Below are positions 47,712-56,928 of a DNA stretch of 64,000 bases, one piece after another. The position numbers and the translations under genes are program-made. Location of the stretch: contig JBATOT010000125.1 of NCBI GenBank assembly GCA_049291095.1, positions 1,447 to 65,446 of the forward strand. Direction: 5' to 3'. The stretch comes from Ignavibacteriaceae bacterium (GTDB taxonomy: Bacteria; Bacteroidota; Ignavibacteria; Ignavibacteriales; Ignavibacteriaceae). Numbering within the stretch: the first letter of the stretch is position 1; each line of letters begins with the position of its first letter. A model generated the notes under the pieces. It ran no database searches. It was not told where the DNA came from and worked only from the letters and a program-made list of their open reading frames with translations.

Positions 47712-48428
47712 ATGAGACTCTCATTAAATATAGATCACATTGCAACTTTAAGAAATGCAAGAGGTGAAACACAACCTGATCCGGTAACTGCTGCTTTAAT
47801 TGCTGAGCAAGCCGGTGTGGATGGAATCGTAGTTCATCTTCGTGAAGACAGAAGACACATAAATGAAAGAGATGTAAGATTGCTTCGTGAGCTTATCACA
47901 ACAAAGCTTGATCTTGAAATGGCGGCAACTGAAGAGATTATAAAAATTGCTTGCGATATTGGACCTGAGCTTGCTACTATCGTTCCTGAAAAAAGACAAG
48001 AACTTACAACTGAAGGTGGAGTTAATGTAATTGATAATATTACTTTAATGAAAAACACTATACAGGAACTTCATAAATATGATATTGAAGTATCTCTTTT
48101 TATTGAACCTGAAATAAAACAGATTGACGCTGCTGCAGAAATTGAAAGTGATTTTATAGAAATTCATACCGGAGTTTTTGCAAATACTTTATCAGAAGAA
48201 GAACAATTTGATGAATTAGATAAGATAAGAGTTGCAGTTAAGCATGCAAAAAAACTTGGTTTAGGTGTAAATGCAGGTCATGGTTTAGATTATCAAAACA
48301 TAAAAATATTTAGAGAGTTGTCAGATATTGATGAAGTGAGTATTGGTCATTCTATAATTGCAAGATCAATGTTTGTAGGACTAAAACAAGCAATAAAAGA
48401 AATGTTTGAATTGATTAAAAAATCTTAA
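47712..48428 (+). CDS. pdxJ: Pyridoxine 5'-phosphate synthase
   Basis: MRLSLNIDHIATLRNARG, VHLREDRRHI, NAGHGL. The length (238 aa) is typical. Confidence 0.95.
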   Translation: MRLSLNIDHIATLRNARGETQPDPVTAALIAEQAGVDGIVVHLREDRRHINERDVRLLRELITTKLDLEMAATEEIIKIACDIGPELATIVPEKRQELTTEGGVNVIDNITLMKNTIQELHKYDIEVSLFIEPEIKQIDAAAEIESDFIEIHTGVFANTLSEEEQFDELDKIRVAVKHAKKLGLGVNAGHGLDYQNIKIFRELSDIDEVSIGHSIIARSMFVGLKQAIKEMFELIKKS

Positions 48429-49051
48429 TCACAATTATCATTACATGAACAAGATAATTTAGTACTTTTAGATTTTTCAATCGATTCTTTGCCTTCTCTA
48501 AAAGAGAAATAGGCAATTCCAAGCGAACCAGCTAAGTCTAAATATCCTATTTTAAAAACTTCATAACTTAGACTTGAAGCTAGAAGTATAAATGATAAAT
48601 AAAAGCAGGTCTTAGTACAATTTGCATCTGCTATAATTGCATCTGAGTTTAATTCGTTTCCTACTTTTAATTTAAAGTGTAATAATACATACATAGTTAA
48701 AATAGAAATTATTGAAATTGCGATACCAAAAATAGTTGTTTCGGGTTTTACTTCATTCAAAATCATTACTACCGAACCAATTATTAATCCTACGCTCAGT
48801 AGATAAAAACTAAATCCCGTAATTTTTAAAGCTGTCCTTTCAAATTTGTCTCTATAGATTATTGGATTTCGTTTCATTCTTATTATCATGTGAAAAATAC
48901 CAATACCAGAAATGACCTCGACAAAACTATCAACTCCGAATCCGAACAGCGCAAGCGAATCATCATTCAAACCAAAAAAAATTGAAATAAAGCCTTCTAA
49001 AATGTTATAAGCTATAGTAATAATGCTTAGTAACAAAGCAAAAGAAACCAA
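48425..49051 (-). CDS. Integral membrane protein, cation-transporter-like, Cys-rich C-terminus
   Basis: 208 aa with about 6 TM helices. The N-terminal segment (ILEGFISIFFGLNDDSLALFGFGVDSFVEV) resembles the TM domain of cation-efflux-type proteins. C-terminal CSCNDNCD. TTG start. Confidence 0.4.
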   Translation of the reverse strand: MVSFALLLSIITIAYNILEGFISIFFGLNDDSLALFGFGVDSFVEVISGIGIFHMIIRMKRNPIIYRDKFERTALKITGFSFYLLSVGLIIGSVVMILNEVKPETTIFGIAISIISILTMYVLLHFKLKVGNELNSDAIIADANCTKTCFYLSFILLASSLSYEVFKIGYLDLAGSLGIAYFSFREGKESIEKSKSTKLSCSCNDNCD

Positions 49052-49281
49052 GTGATTAAATTTTAATGATATTTCTGTTTCTGTAATTTTAATTTAGGTA
49101 CCAGTCATTTCAATTGTTAATTATTAAATTTTTCTAACTATAAATTAATAATTCTGAGATTATTTCAAATCTAAAAAAAACTTGTATATGTGCATAAATC
49201 TATTGATTAATAGAATTTTCTAGCATAAGTTTCGAGTGTCGCTAGCCGAAGGTTAACCCCCAGACCTTTTGTTAGGGCAAG

Positions 49282-49315
49282 CCCGGTAGCTTCGGTTACC
49301 GGGTTCTTTATTTTT
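49282..49315 (+). terminator. Orphan plus-strand intrinsic terminator in a 379-nt intergenic region (possible 3' end of a small RNA or leader)
   Basis: CCCGGTA-GCTTCGG-TACCGGG followed by TTCTTTATTTTT. No plus-strand ORF ends upstream of it. The next gene starts 115 nt downstream. Confidence 0.55.
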
Positions 49316-49430
49316 GATATTCTTTTGTTTTTGATCACTTAATCATTTCTTAATTATCATTTCTCAATCTATAACAATATTTTTTCAATAACGATTTTTT
49401 AATTTCTTTAAAAAACATTTGGAGTTTTAA

Positions 49431-51401
49431 GTGCAATACAACCTGATAAAAAAAACTGAGTTTGATAAAGTAAAATCATTCAATGGAAACTGGGCAACAA
49501 AGATGGAGTTGTTTGCAGATATGTGCAGATACAATACTCTTGTTGCTGTAAAGAAAGCCGGTTCAGGTCATCTTGGTTCAAGTTTAAGTGCGATGGACAT
49601 TACTACTTATCTCTACTTAAACGACATGAATGTGTTTGATGTTGGTTTTGATTCTCCTGATCGTGACATTTACTTTTCATCAAAAGGTCATGACGTTCCG
49701 GGATTGTATTCTTTGTTTTATGCACTTGGAATTATTCCAGAAGAAAAATTATTAATGTTAAGAAGATTGCACGGACTTGATGGCCATCCTGAAGTTAGAC
49801 AAAATGGAATTGAAGCAAGTACAGGTTCACTGGGAATGGGAATTTCAAAAGGTAAAGGATTTGCGTGGGCGAAATCATATCAAAAAAATAAAGGGCATGT
49901 TTATGTTCTTACTGGCGATGGAGAATTTCAGGAAGGACAAATTTATGAATCACTTCAAGCAACGGCTCACCAAAAAGTAAATAACATCACAGCAATTATG
50001 GATCATAATAAATATCAAACGGATATGCTGGTAGCTGATGTAAATAATATTGAAGATGTAGTAAAAAAGGTTGAAGCATTTGGATGGTATGTTGTTAGAA
50101 TAAACGGACACGATTACAATATATTGAAAAAAACTTTTGATGATCTAAAAAAAGTTATAGATAAACCAAAGATGATTATTGCAGATACGATCAAAGGAAG
50201 GGGAGTTTCTTTTATGGAAAAACCTCTTACTGAAACTTTTCAAGGGAAGACGCTTTACAAATGGCACTCCGGTGCACCTGATGATGAAAGCTATGAAAAA
50301 GGACTAGCTGAGTTAACCGTCACTATTAATAAACTTGCTAATAAACTTGGGATTGAAAGTATTCAGATACCTGAAAATAAATCTGAAGGTAAACCAGTTA
50401 CTAAGCTTGATAAAGAATTTGTAACAGAGGCTTACGGTGAGGTGTTAGTTGAAATCGCAAAGACAAATAAAAAATTAGTTTTACTTGATGGTGATCTTTC
50501 GGCTGATTGCAAACTCCGGAATTTTGAAAAAACTTATCCTGATCGATTTATTGAGAATGGAATAGCAGAACAGGATATGGTATCAATGGCAGGCGGTTTA
50601 GCACGAATGGGATTGATTCCAGTTGTAAATACTTTTGCAAGTTTTCTTGCTGCGCGTGCTAATGAACAGATTTATAATAACGCTGGTGAAAAAACTAAAA
50701 TAATTTACACTTGTCATTTTTCGGGAATGATTCCTGCAGGACCTGGAAAATCTCATCAAAGTGTTAGAGATATTTCATTGTTTGGTGCACTACCAAATAT
50801 TACAATCATCCAACCTTGTAATGCTGAAGAGACAAAATGGGCGACTGAATATTGTATAAATCAAGCTGAAGAAAATTGTATGCTTCGATTAGTAATCGGC
50901 CCTTCACCTGAAAAAATTCTATTACCAAGTGATTACCAATTTAAATTTGGTGTTGGAGCAGAGCTAACAGAAGGAAATGATGCAATACTATTTGGTTATG
51001 GACCTGTTATGCTGCACGAAGCATTAGTTGCTTCAGATTATCTAAAGAAAATAGGTTTTGGATTAAAAGTTGTAAACATGCCCTGGCTAAATAAGATTGA
51101 TAATATCTGGTTGAAAGAATTAGTTAAAGATCAAAAAAGATTATTTGTGTTGGAAGATCATTCTGCAATTGGCGGACTTGGCGATAGGTTATTAAATTCT
51201 TTAGTGGAAATTGGTGAAATTAGTGGCAAAGAATTTACAAACTTCGGATTGAAGGAATACCCTGAATGTGGAACGCCACTTGAGGTTTTAGAATTTCATC
51301 AACTTGATGGAAAATCTTTAGCGAAAAGAATTTCTGGTGTGCAAGATATTGAAACGGCGGAAGCTATAAAGTTTAAATACACCGCGGATGCACCACAGTA
51401 A
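49431..51401 (+). CDS. Transketolase-family protein (fused TPP-binding N-terminal and pyrimidine-binding/C-terminal halves)
   Basis: GSGHLGSSLSAMD, the TPP motif GDGEFQEG...N, and NGIAEQDMVSMAGGLA. 656 aa. GTG start. Confidence 0.85.
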   Translation: MQYNLIKKTEFDKVKSFNGNWATKMELFADMCRYNTLVAVKKAGSGHLGSSLSAMDITTYLYLNDMNVFDVGFDSPDRDIYFSSKGHDVPGLYSLFYALGIIPEEKLLMLRRLHGLDGHPEVRQNGIEASTGSLGMGISKGKGFAWAKSYQKNKGHVYVLTGDGEFQEGQIYESLQATAHQKVNNITAIMDHNKYQTDMLVADVNNIEDVVKKVEAFGWYVVRINGHDYNILKKTFDDLKKVIDKPKMIIADTIKGRGVSFMEKPLTETFQGKTLYKWHSGAPDDESYEKGLAELTVTINKLANKLGIESIQIPENKSEGKPVTKLDKEFVTEAYGEVLVEIAKTNKKLVLLDGDLSADCKLRNFEKTYPDRFIENGIAEQDMVSMAGGLARMGLIPVVNTFASFLAARANEQIYNNAGEKTKIIYTCHFSGMIPAGPGKSHQSVRDISLFGALPNITIIQPCNAEETKWATEYCINQAEENCMLRLVIGPSPEKILLPSDYQFKFGVGAELTEGNDAILFGYGPVMLHEALVASDYLKKIGFGLKVVNMPWLNKIDNIWLKELVKDQKRLFVLEDHSAIGGLGDRLLNSLVEIGEISGKEFTNFGLKEYPECGTPLEVLEFHQLDGKSLAKRISGVQDIETAEAIKFKYTADAPQ

Positions 51402-51402
51402 A

Positions 51403-52086
51403 TTATTTTTTGAACAAAGGAAGATCATCAATAATCATATACGAAAGTTTCATTAGAGCATTTTTGTAAGGCCATATTTCAGTTAGGTTATCAAATGCAC
51501 TAGTAACTTTAATTTCATTAGTGGCGATTAAATCAAGATTTCTATTATCCCATAATTGGTATTCAACAATAATATTAGTTTTAAATTTTTTATCTTTTCC
51601 ATCCTCCAAAGGTTCAGATTCATATATAGTTATATTCCGAAAATAAATTAAGTAATCATATTTATATCGAGAGCTTATCGCTTTAAGCGAATAAGGCAGA
51701 TATACAATTATTTCTTCACCGTTCTCAATTGCAAATTTATTTTCCACAATTTCTTGATCTATCTCATAACTATAATAAATCCATTCAATTTTATTAAACC
51801 TAGAGAAATATTTTATTCCTTTCGGTAACTGTTCAATAAGCTCCTTTGCAAAAAAGTATCTTCTTAAAAATTCGGCGTCTTTATCTTCTATATTTATCGT
51901 ATCCAGTCGAAGATCTTGTAAAAAAATTCCTAATGAAACATCAGTATACTTCACATCAGCGTATTTAGGATTTAAATAGCATGCTTTACTACTAAGATTA
52001 CTCGTTTCCTTAATAGATGAGCAAGAAATTGCAAACAAAATAAATACTACCAGAGTTGTACTAACTTTATTTTTAGATATCATCAC
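51403..52086 (-). CDS. Hypothetical lipoprotein
   Basis: Signal/lipobox VVFILFAISCS. No family is recognised. Its start overlaps the upstream DinB-like gene by 14 nt. Confidence 0.5.
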   Translation of the reverse strand: MMISKNKVSTTLVVFILFAISCSSIKETSNLSSKACYLNPKYADVKYTDVSLGIFLQDLRLDTINIEDKDAEFLRRYFFAKELIEQLPKGIKYFSRFNKIEWIYYSYEIDQEIVENKFAIENGEEIIVYLPYSLKAISSRYKYDYLIYFRNITIYESEPLEDGKDKKFKTNIIVEYQLWDNRNLDLIATNEIKVTSAFDNLTEIWPYKNALMKLSYMIIDDLPLFKK

Positions 52087-52570
52087 CAGACAACTTTTCC
52101 TTACTTTTAACGATAAGATTATTTAGCTGATACTCATGCCTGATTGGATGCATAACAGCGTGTTCTAACATTGCATCGATACAATATTCAACACTCCAAT
52201 TAGATTTATATGCTTTATCTTCAAATAATTCCGGTTCAACATTCGCAAGTGGAAGTCTCCATCGCTCAAATAAATGTGCAAGCTGCTCAACAGCTTTTTC
52301 TTCGATGATTTCAGCGGGTGGAGTTTCTTTTATTTGCGGATCTTCTAAACCCAACTTATCACACATCCAGATCATATATCCTCTTGCAGAACGAAGTAAA
52401 TGATACAGCAAAGTGTCTAAAGACTTATAATAAGGATCATCTGAATCGGGGAGCTTAATGTTAAGTTGTTTGGCTTCTTTCCAGGTTTCATAAAATAATT
52501 GCAAATGAATTTCGTGAAGTTTTACCATAACACTTGCACCTTTGTAACGGTATTCTGGAAAAGTATTCAT
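52073..52570 (-). CDS. DinB-family (four-helix bundle, metal-binding His) protein
   Basis: 165 aa. His-containing helices (LHEIHLQLF, LLYHLLRSARGY, MLEHAVMHPIRHEYQL) match the DinB/YfiT-like pattern. Confidence 0.45.
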   Translation of the reverse strand: MNTFPEYRYKGASVMVKLHEIHLQLFYETWKEAKQLNIKLPDSDDPYYKSLDTLLYHLLRSARGYMIWMCDKLGLEDPQIKETPPAEIIEEKAVEQLAHLFERWRLPLANVEPELFEDKAYKSNWSVEYCIDAMLEHAVMHPIRHEYQLNNLIVKSKEKLSGDDI

Positions 52571-52575
52571 ACTAC

Positions 52576-53652
52576 TTACTCCTTTGTTATTGCCGGTAAA
52601 TTCATATTAAAACATTTATCACAAAACTCAGGATTCTTTTCATCAAACCAATCTTTTCTAAAATCCTGATAATCTTTTGTGTTGAGTATCTCAATCAACG
52701 GTTGTTCAAATACGTTTCCAAAATGTTTTTCTTTTGGAAAAGGCTTAGCGCAGCAGGGGGGAACAAATCCATCCCACGTGATATAAAAATAATTCCACAT
52801 AAAGCGGCACTTCTTAAAACTAGCAGGTGATTCAAAATCATAAAAAGTTAATTCTACATTTGGATATTTTGATGCTAGTTCCTTTGTTTTGAAATACTCA
52901 TCTTTAAACTCTTTTGTGAGATAAAAATCATAGTATGAGTTATCCAGATCGGTTCTTGCAACAATGTTCATTGGATTGATGTTTAAATACTTAACTCCGA
53001 TCTCATCGCACAGCTTCAGCATATCAGACATCTGATGATAGTTTTCTTTAAGCACTACCATATTGAACATAATATCGGTATTGCTTCCTTTTGCTTTTTC
53101 TAGAATTCCTAAAGTATTTTTCAGGAAGAAATTATAATCAGCGGTTTTTCTTACTTCATTGTAAACTTCATCAATTCCATCAATTGAAATTTGAATCGTA
53201 TCAATTTTGTTAATCAGCTTTTCTGCTATCTCTATGCTTTTGGGAAGATGCGCATTAATAGAACAGGAAATTATTATTCCTTTGCTTTTACTTTTTATAT
53301 AATCAACAGCCTCATCAATTCTTTTGTAAAGAAATGTTTCGCCAAGACCTGTTAATCCAATTGCATCTACATAAGGATGAATTTCATCTATAATGGTTTT
53401 AAACTTCTCAAAATCCAAAAAACCTTTTGCCATTGCATCACCGTATGCATACTCCCGTGCGCAGGTAATACATTTTATGTTACAATGATTTGTAAGTTCA
53501 ATCATTATGGATGATGGATATGAAACTTTTAGACTTTTTGATTTATCGAGCAGAAGAGTTTGAATTTTATTGTTGGAATATCTTAGAAGATTAATTCCTT
53601 TTGGTAAGTGCTGAATGCGCTTTAATGCTTTTAGTAATTTTCTTTTAGTCAT
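52576..53652 (-). CDS. Radical SAM enzyme with C-terminal SPASM-like Cys-rich domain
   Basis: CxxxCxxC motif in ELTNHCNIKCITCAR. C-terminal cysteines in KKCRFMW...DGFVPPCCAKP...FCDKC. Confidence 0.8.
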   Translation of the reverse strand: MTKRKLLKALKRIQHLPKGINLLRYSNNKIQTLLLDKSKSLKVSYPSSIMIELTNHCNIKCITCAREYAYGDAMAKGFLDFEKFKTIIDEIHPYVDAIGLTGLGETFLYKRIDEAVDYIKSKSKGIIISCSINAHLPKSIEIAEKLINKIDTIQISIDGIDEVYNEVRKTADYNFFLKNTLGILEKAKGSNTDIMFNMVVLKENYHQMSDMLKLCDEIGVKYLNINPMNIVARTDLDNSYYDFYLTKEFKDEYFKTKELASKYPNVELTFYDFESPASFKKCRFMWNYFYITWDGFVPPCCAKPFPKEKHFGNVFEQPLIEILNTKDYQDFRKDWFDEKNPEFCDKCFNMNLPAITKE

Positions 53653-53690
53653 AACTTAAAATAAGGTTTAACACTAAAAACAAAAAGCAA

Positions 53691-54140
53691 TTAAACCTTA
53701 ACTTTAATCACCACTTTCTTTACATAAGATTTTTCATTTACTTTAATTCCCGGTAAATGAACATCTGTAGGGAAAAAGATTGCAAACATTCCTTCTTCTA
53801 CAAGCGTAAATGATTTTTCTCCACTGAAGAATGTTATATCATTTTGTTCGTTGTATTCATCAATAACTATTTGGTTTTCTAACGGAGCATAGCCCATTTG
53901 CTCACTTCCTTTTGCTACAAACTGAACATCGATATATTTTTTGTGAGCTTCAAGTTTACCTTCGCTTTGATGTTTTGTGTTGTACTCGTTAACCAGAGCA
54001 AGAATGTTGTCTCCATCAATTTCATATCTGCCTAATTCCATTTTAGAGAAATCAGTTTGTTTTAGATAAGCAAAAGCTTTGTTAATTCTTTCACCAAGTC
54101 CTGAATAGAGGTGCGAGTTTGAGAGTTTATCTATTATCAT
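53691..54140 (-). CDS. YhcH/YjgK/YiaL-family (DUF386) cupin-like protein
   Basis: 149 aa (MIIDKLSN..LYSGLGERINKAFAYL....GRYEIDGDNILALVNEYNTK...EAHKKYIDVQFV...). The pattern is characteristic of this family. Confidence 0.75.
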   Translation of the reverse strand: MIIDKLSNSHLYSGLGERINKAFAYLKQTDFSKMELGRYEIDGDNILALVNEYNTKHQSEGKLEAHKKYIDVQFVAKGSEQMGYAPLENQIVIDEYNEQNDITFFSGEKSFTLVEEGMFAIFFPTDVHLPGIKVNEKSYVKKVVIKVKV

Positions 54141-54160
54141 TGTTATCCTTTTACTTGTTT

Positions 54161-54237
54161 GTCATTGCGAACGAGTCTTCGAGTGAAGCAATCTGTTTTA
54201 TAGATTGCTTCGTTCGCAAAGCCTTACTCGCAATGAC
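54161..54237. repeat. 77-nt imperfect palindromic REP-like element
   Basis: In GTCATTGCGAACGA..GAAGCAATCT-gttttat-AGATTGCTTCGTTCGCAA..CTCGCAATGAC, the arms GAAGCAATCT/AGATTGCTTC and TTGCGAACGA/TCGTTCGCAA pair, and the outer GTCATTGCGA pairs with TCGCAATGAC. Confidence 0.75.
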
Positions 54238-54249
54238 TATTTTTAATAT

Positions 54250-55527
54250 CTAAAATAAAGAATTTAAATTATGAACATAAAGCGCTAAGCCAGTCATTTT
54301 TGTTTCCAAATAATGATCATCAAATAAATTAGTGTTGTAATATCTAATATCTATATGATCATGTAAGAAATTGGTAAGGGGATAGTTTGTCCAAAGTGCC
54401 AGGAGTTTAAAGATACCTTTTGTTCTTAGTTCATATCCATTTGTTTCTCTTTCATCAAAACCACGACCTGAAAAGTGACCGGTGCTGAAAGAAACAGTTT
54501 CGAAGAGGTCAAACTTTAAACCGATATGTGATACAATTTCTTCAGTACCTTCAATGTTTATTAAGTTTTTTACAAACTTAAGATCGCTTAGAGTTGATTG
54601 ATAATCCCAGCCAATCGTCGACCCATTAATTTCAGAATAGTGTTTTGAAAACAAAATATCTTCAGCTTCAACTGTCAATGAAAAGTTAAATACTTTCATT
54701 CGAAAATTATCCTCAAGTAAATCGAATCCTGTGGAAATACCATAACCAAGCCTATCCATTCTTGGTAGTGGATCAGCCTGAGCCGGATCGATATAATATA
54801 CTTCATCACCAATGTTTGATTTAGAATAACCGAATGAGAAATTGAAATCTGGTTTTAATTGCAAATCACCTTCCAATTCGATGAGTATATCTTCATCAAT
54901 CAACTTAGACACAGGAACATTGATCAGTAAACCAAAATCAAATACATTTGGTTCTGCCTTGCCATCACCCATTTCAGAAGCAATAGGTGGATCAGAGAGA
55001 ATTGAAGTTATACTTTTATAAGTTAATCCTGCATTAAACTGTACAAAGTAATCTATACCAATACCCAAGGAGTATGCATTGTAATAGTCCATGGAATAGA
55101 AACTCCCTAAGCCAGAGGGTGCTCTTTCATCAATTCTCAGAAATTCGCCAAAGTTTAATTCGAAGTATGAGTAACCAAATCCAATGCTTAAAGGAAAGTT
55201 TATTATATCTTTAAAATTATACCCAATGTTAAATGCTATACTTTTAATTTCTAAATCCAGATTGAATTGTGGCAGCCATTCATATTTTGATGGATAAAAG
55301 ATTAATGAAAAATTATTGTTCTGGCTTGTGTAACCTAATTGTGCGGGATTCCATAAAAAACCAAACGGGTCTTCGGTTGGCAGGGCAGTACCTGTTTGTC
55401 CCATTGCGGCAAGTGATGGTGAAGGCTGAAGTAACAGAAATGGAACAGCAGCTTCTCCCTGTGAGAATGTTTTATTGCTAATTAACAGAAATGAAAAAAG
55501 ACTAAGATAAAGAACTGTGGTTTTCAT
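54250..55527 (-). CDS. PorV/PorQ-like outer-membrane beta-barrel protein
   Basis: Signal peptide. The N-terminal motif AVPFLLLQPSPSLAAMGQTG....DPFGFLWNPAQLG resembles the conserved start of PorV/PorQ-type barrels. Alternating strand pattern and a C-terminal Phe. Confidence 0.45.
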   Translation of the reverse strand: MKTTVLYLSLFSFLLISNKTFSQGEAAVPFLLLQPSPSLAAMGQTGTALPTEDPFGFLWNPAQLGYTSQNNNFSLIFYPSKYEWLPQFNLDLEIKSIAFNIGYNFKDIINFPLSIGFGYSYFELNFGEFLRIDERAPSGLGSFYSMDYYNAYSLGIGIDYFVQFNAGLTYKSITSILSDPPIASEMGDGKAEPNVFDFGLLINVPVSKLIDEDILIELEGDLQLKPDFNFSFGYSKSNIGDEVYYIDPAQADPLPRMDRLGYGISTGFDLLEDNFRMKVFNFSLTVEAEDILFSKHYSEINGSTIGWDYQSTLSDLKFVKNLINIEGTEEIVSHIGLKFDLFETVSFSTGHFSGRGFDERETNGYELRTKGIFKLLALWTNYPLTNFLHDHIDIRYYNTNLFDDHYLETKMTGLALYVHNLNSLF

Positions 55528-55689
55528 AAATCTCCCTGAATGATGAGAGCAAATTTATAAGTGCACAATAAAATTAAATATCTAAAAATGGTTGCCCTTG
55601 ATTTTAAATGTGGCTAAAGCCAATAAGGTATTTTTAATTTTCTCAGTTGACTAAAGTTAACTGCAATAAATAGTAATTGTACTTTTTAA

Positions 55690-56886
55690 TTATAATTGAA
55701 CACCAATCGCAAGTTTAGCAATTGTCTGTTTTCTATAATCACCGGAGAAAAGATGTGAATCTGCAATTGCTAAATCGGTAAAGGAGTTATTGTAATTGAA
55801 TCGAAGTCCGGCAGTAATAAAGAATGAATTCAATCCTTCATTTAATCGTGAATAAAAATTGTCAGTGTATTCACAATCAGTTATATAAAAACCGAGTGAA
55901 GGTGTAAACATTTCATTAATCTGATAGATTGCGCTGAAAGAATAGTCAATCTGATCTTTAAGTGAATTTGTTTCATTTGCCCAAAATACTGATGTGAGAT
56001 TTGCAAGTAATTTAAGATCAGATGCTGCATCAAATGCAAGATCGATTCTTAATTCATCTGGTAAAGTATGCAGCAAATATGAATCGCTTTGTTCTACGGG
56101 TATGTAAGTATTGGTTGTGTCTTCAGGATCATACAATATTAATACACTGTTATCCACTTCATATTTTGCGTCAAAATATGTTTTGCTTTCGTAAGATACT
56201 CCGATCATTAAATGTTGTTGATCATCGAAACTGATTTTATAGTTTAAACCTGCAGCAATATTGCTGCTGTAATCTGTGGCACTACCTGTTATGTGCCATA
56301 TTTCATCATATCTGTCTAAATAATTTAGTGAATACCTGAAGCCAATGGTGATATCGTTTGAGGCTGGCAGTAAATCTTTAAATGAATACGAGGCAGTTAT
56401 TGAGTAGCTATGAATCATTGTTTCCTGTTTCATTTCAAAAAATTCTCCAGTACCATTTGGATATTCAATCGATCTAACTTCAACTGGGTCTGTATCCAAA
56501 GTTCCATTATACTTTTGTCCGAATCCCAAACCAAAAGTGAAATCATTCCATTTAATAATACCACCAACAGATTGTGGATAAAAATTATAAACACGACTCG
56601 TTCCAAAATCGGCAATCCAGGCTTCATCGGTGCTTGTGTTAATTTGATATGAAAAACCAAGTGAATAGTTTTCAAACTCAGAAATGCTGGCGGGATTCAT
56701 AAATCCTAAATTTGAAACATCATTTAAAATGGATGAGGTACCTGAGGAGTTAAGCAATTTTATTCCATAACCTTGAGGTAAAAAACTTATTACGGTTGGT
56801 CCTTCCCGAGTGTTAGTTTGTGCAGGTATTTCTGAAACACTAAAAATGATGAACTGAAGAACTAAAAATAGAGCTAACTTTTTCAT
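55690..56886 (-). CDS. Putative outer-membrane beta-barrel protein
   Basis: Signal peptide (LVLQFIIFSVSEIPAQ) and a ...GFMNPASIS motif similar to the neighbouring barrel. Amphipathic strand periodicity. No family is recognised. Confidence 0.35.
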   Translation of the reverse strand: MKKLALFLVLQFIIFSVSEIPAQTNTREGPTVISFLPQGYGIKLLNSSGTSSILNDVSNLGFMNPASISEFENYSLGFSYQINTSTDEAWIADFGTSRVYNFYPQSVGGIIKWNDFTFGLGFGQKYNGTLDTDPVEVRSIEYPNGTGEFFEMKQETMIHSYSITASYSFKDLLPASNDITIGFRYSLNYLDRYDEIWHITGSATDYSSNIAAGLNYKISFDDQQHLMIGVSYESKTYFDAKYEVDNSVLILYDPEDTTNTYIPVEQSDSYLLHTLPDELRIDLAFDAASDLKLLANLTSVFWANETNSLKDQIDYSFSAIYQINEMFTPSLGFYITDCEYTDNFYSRLNEGLNSFFITAGLRFNYNNSFTDLAIADSHLFSGDYRKQTIAKLAIGVQL

Positions 56887-56928
56887 AACGCCCCTGAAAA
56901 AAATAACAGAAAATTTTATTTATAAATT

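Noticed and set aside
49154-49159. CTGAGA box as a hint of a TPP riboswitch upstream of the TPP-dependent transketolase
   Set aside because: The surrounding sequence is extremely AT-rich. It lacks the G-rich P1/P2 helices and the ACCUGAUCUGGAUAAUGCCAGCG-type pyrimidine-sensor segment. An isolated hexamer is not evidence.
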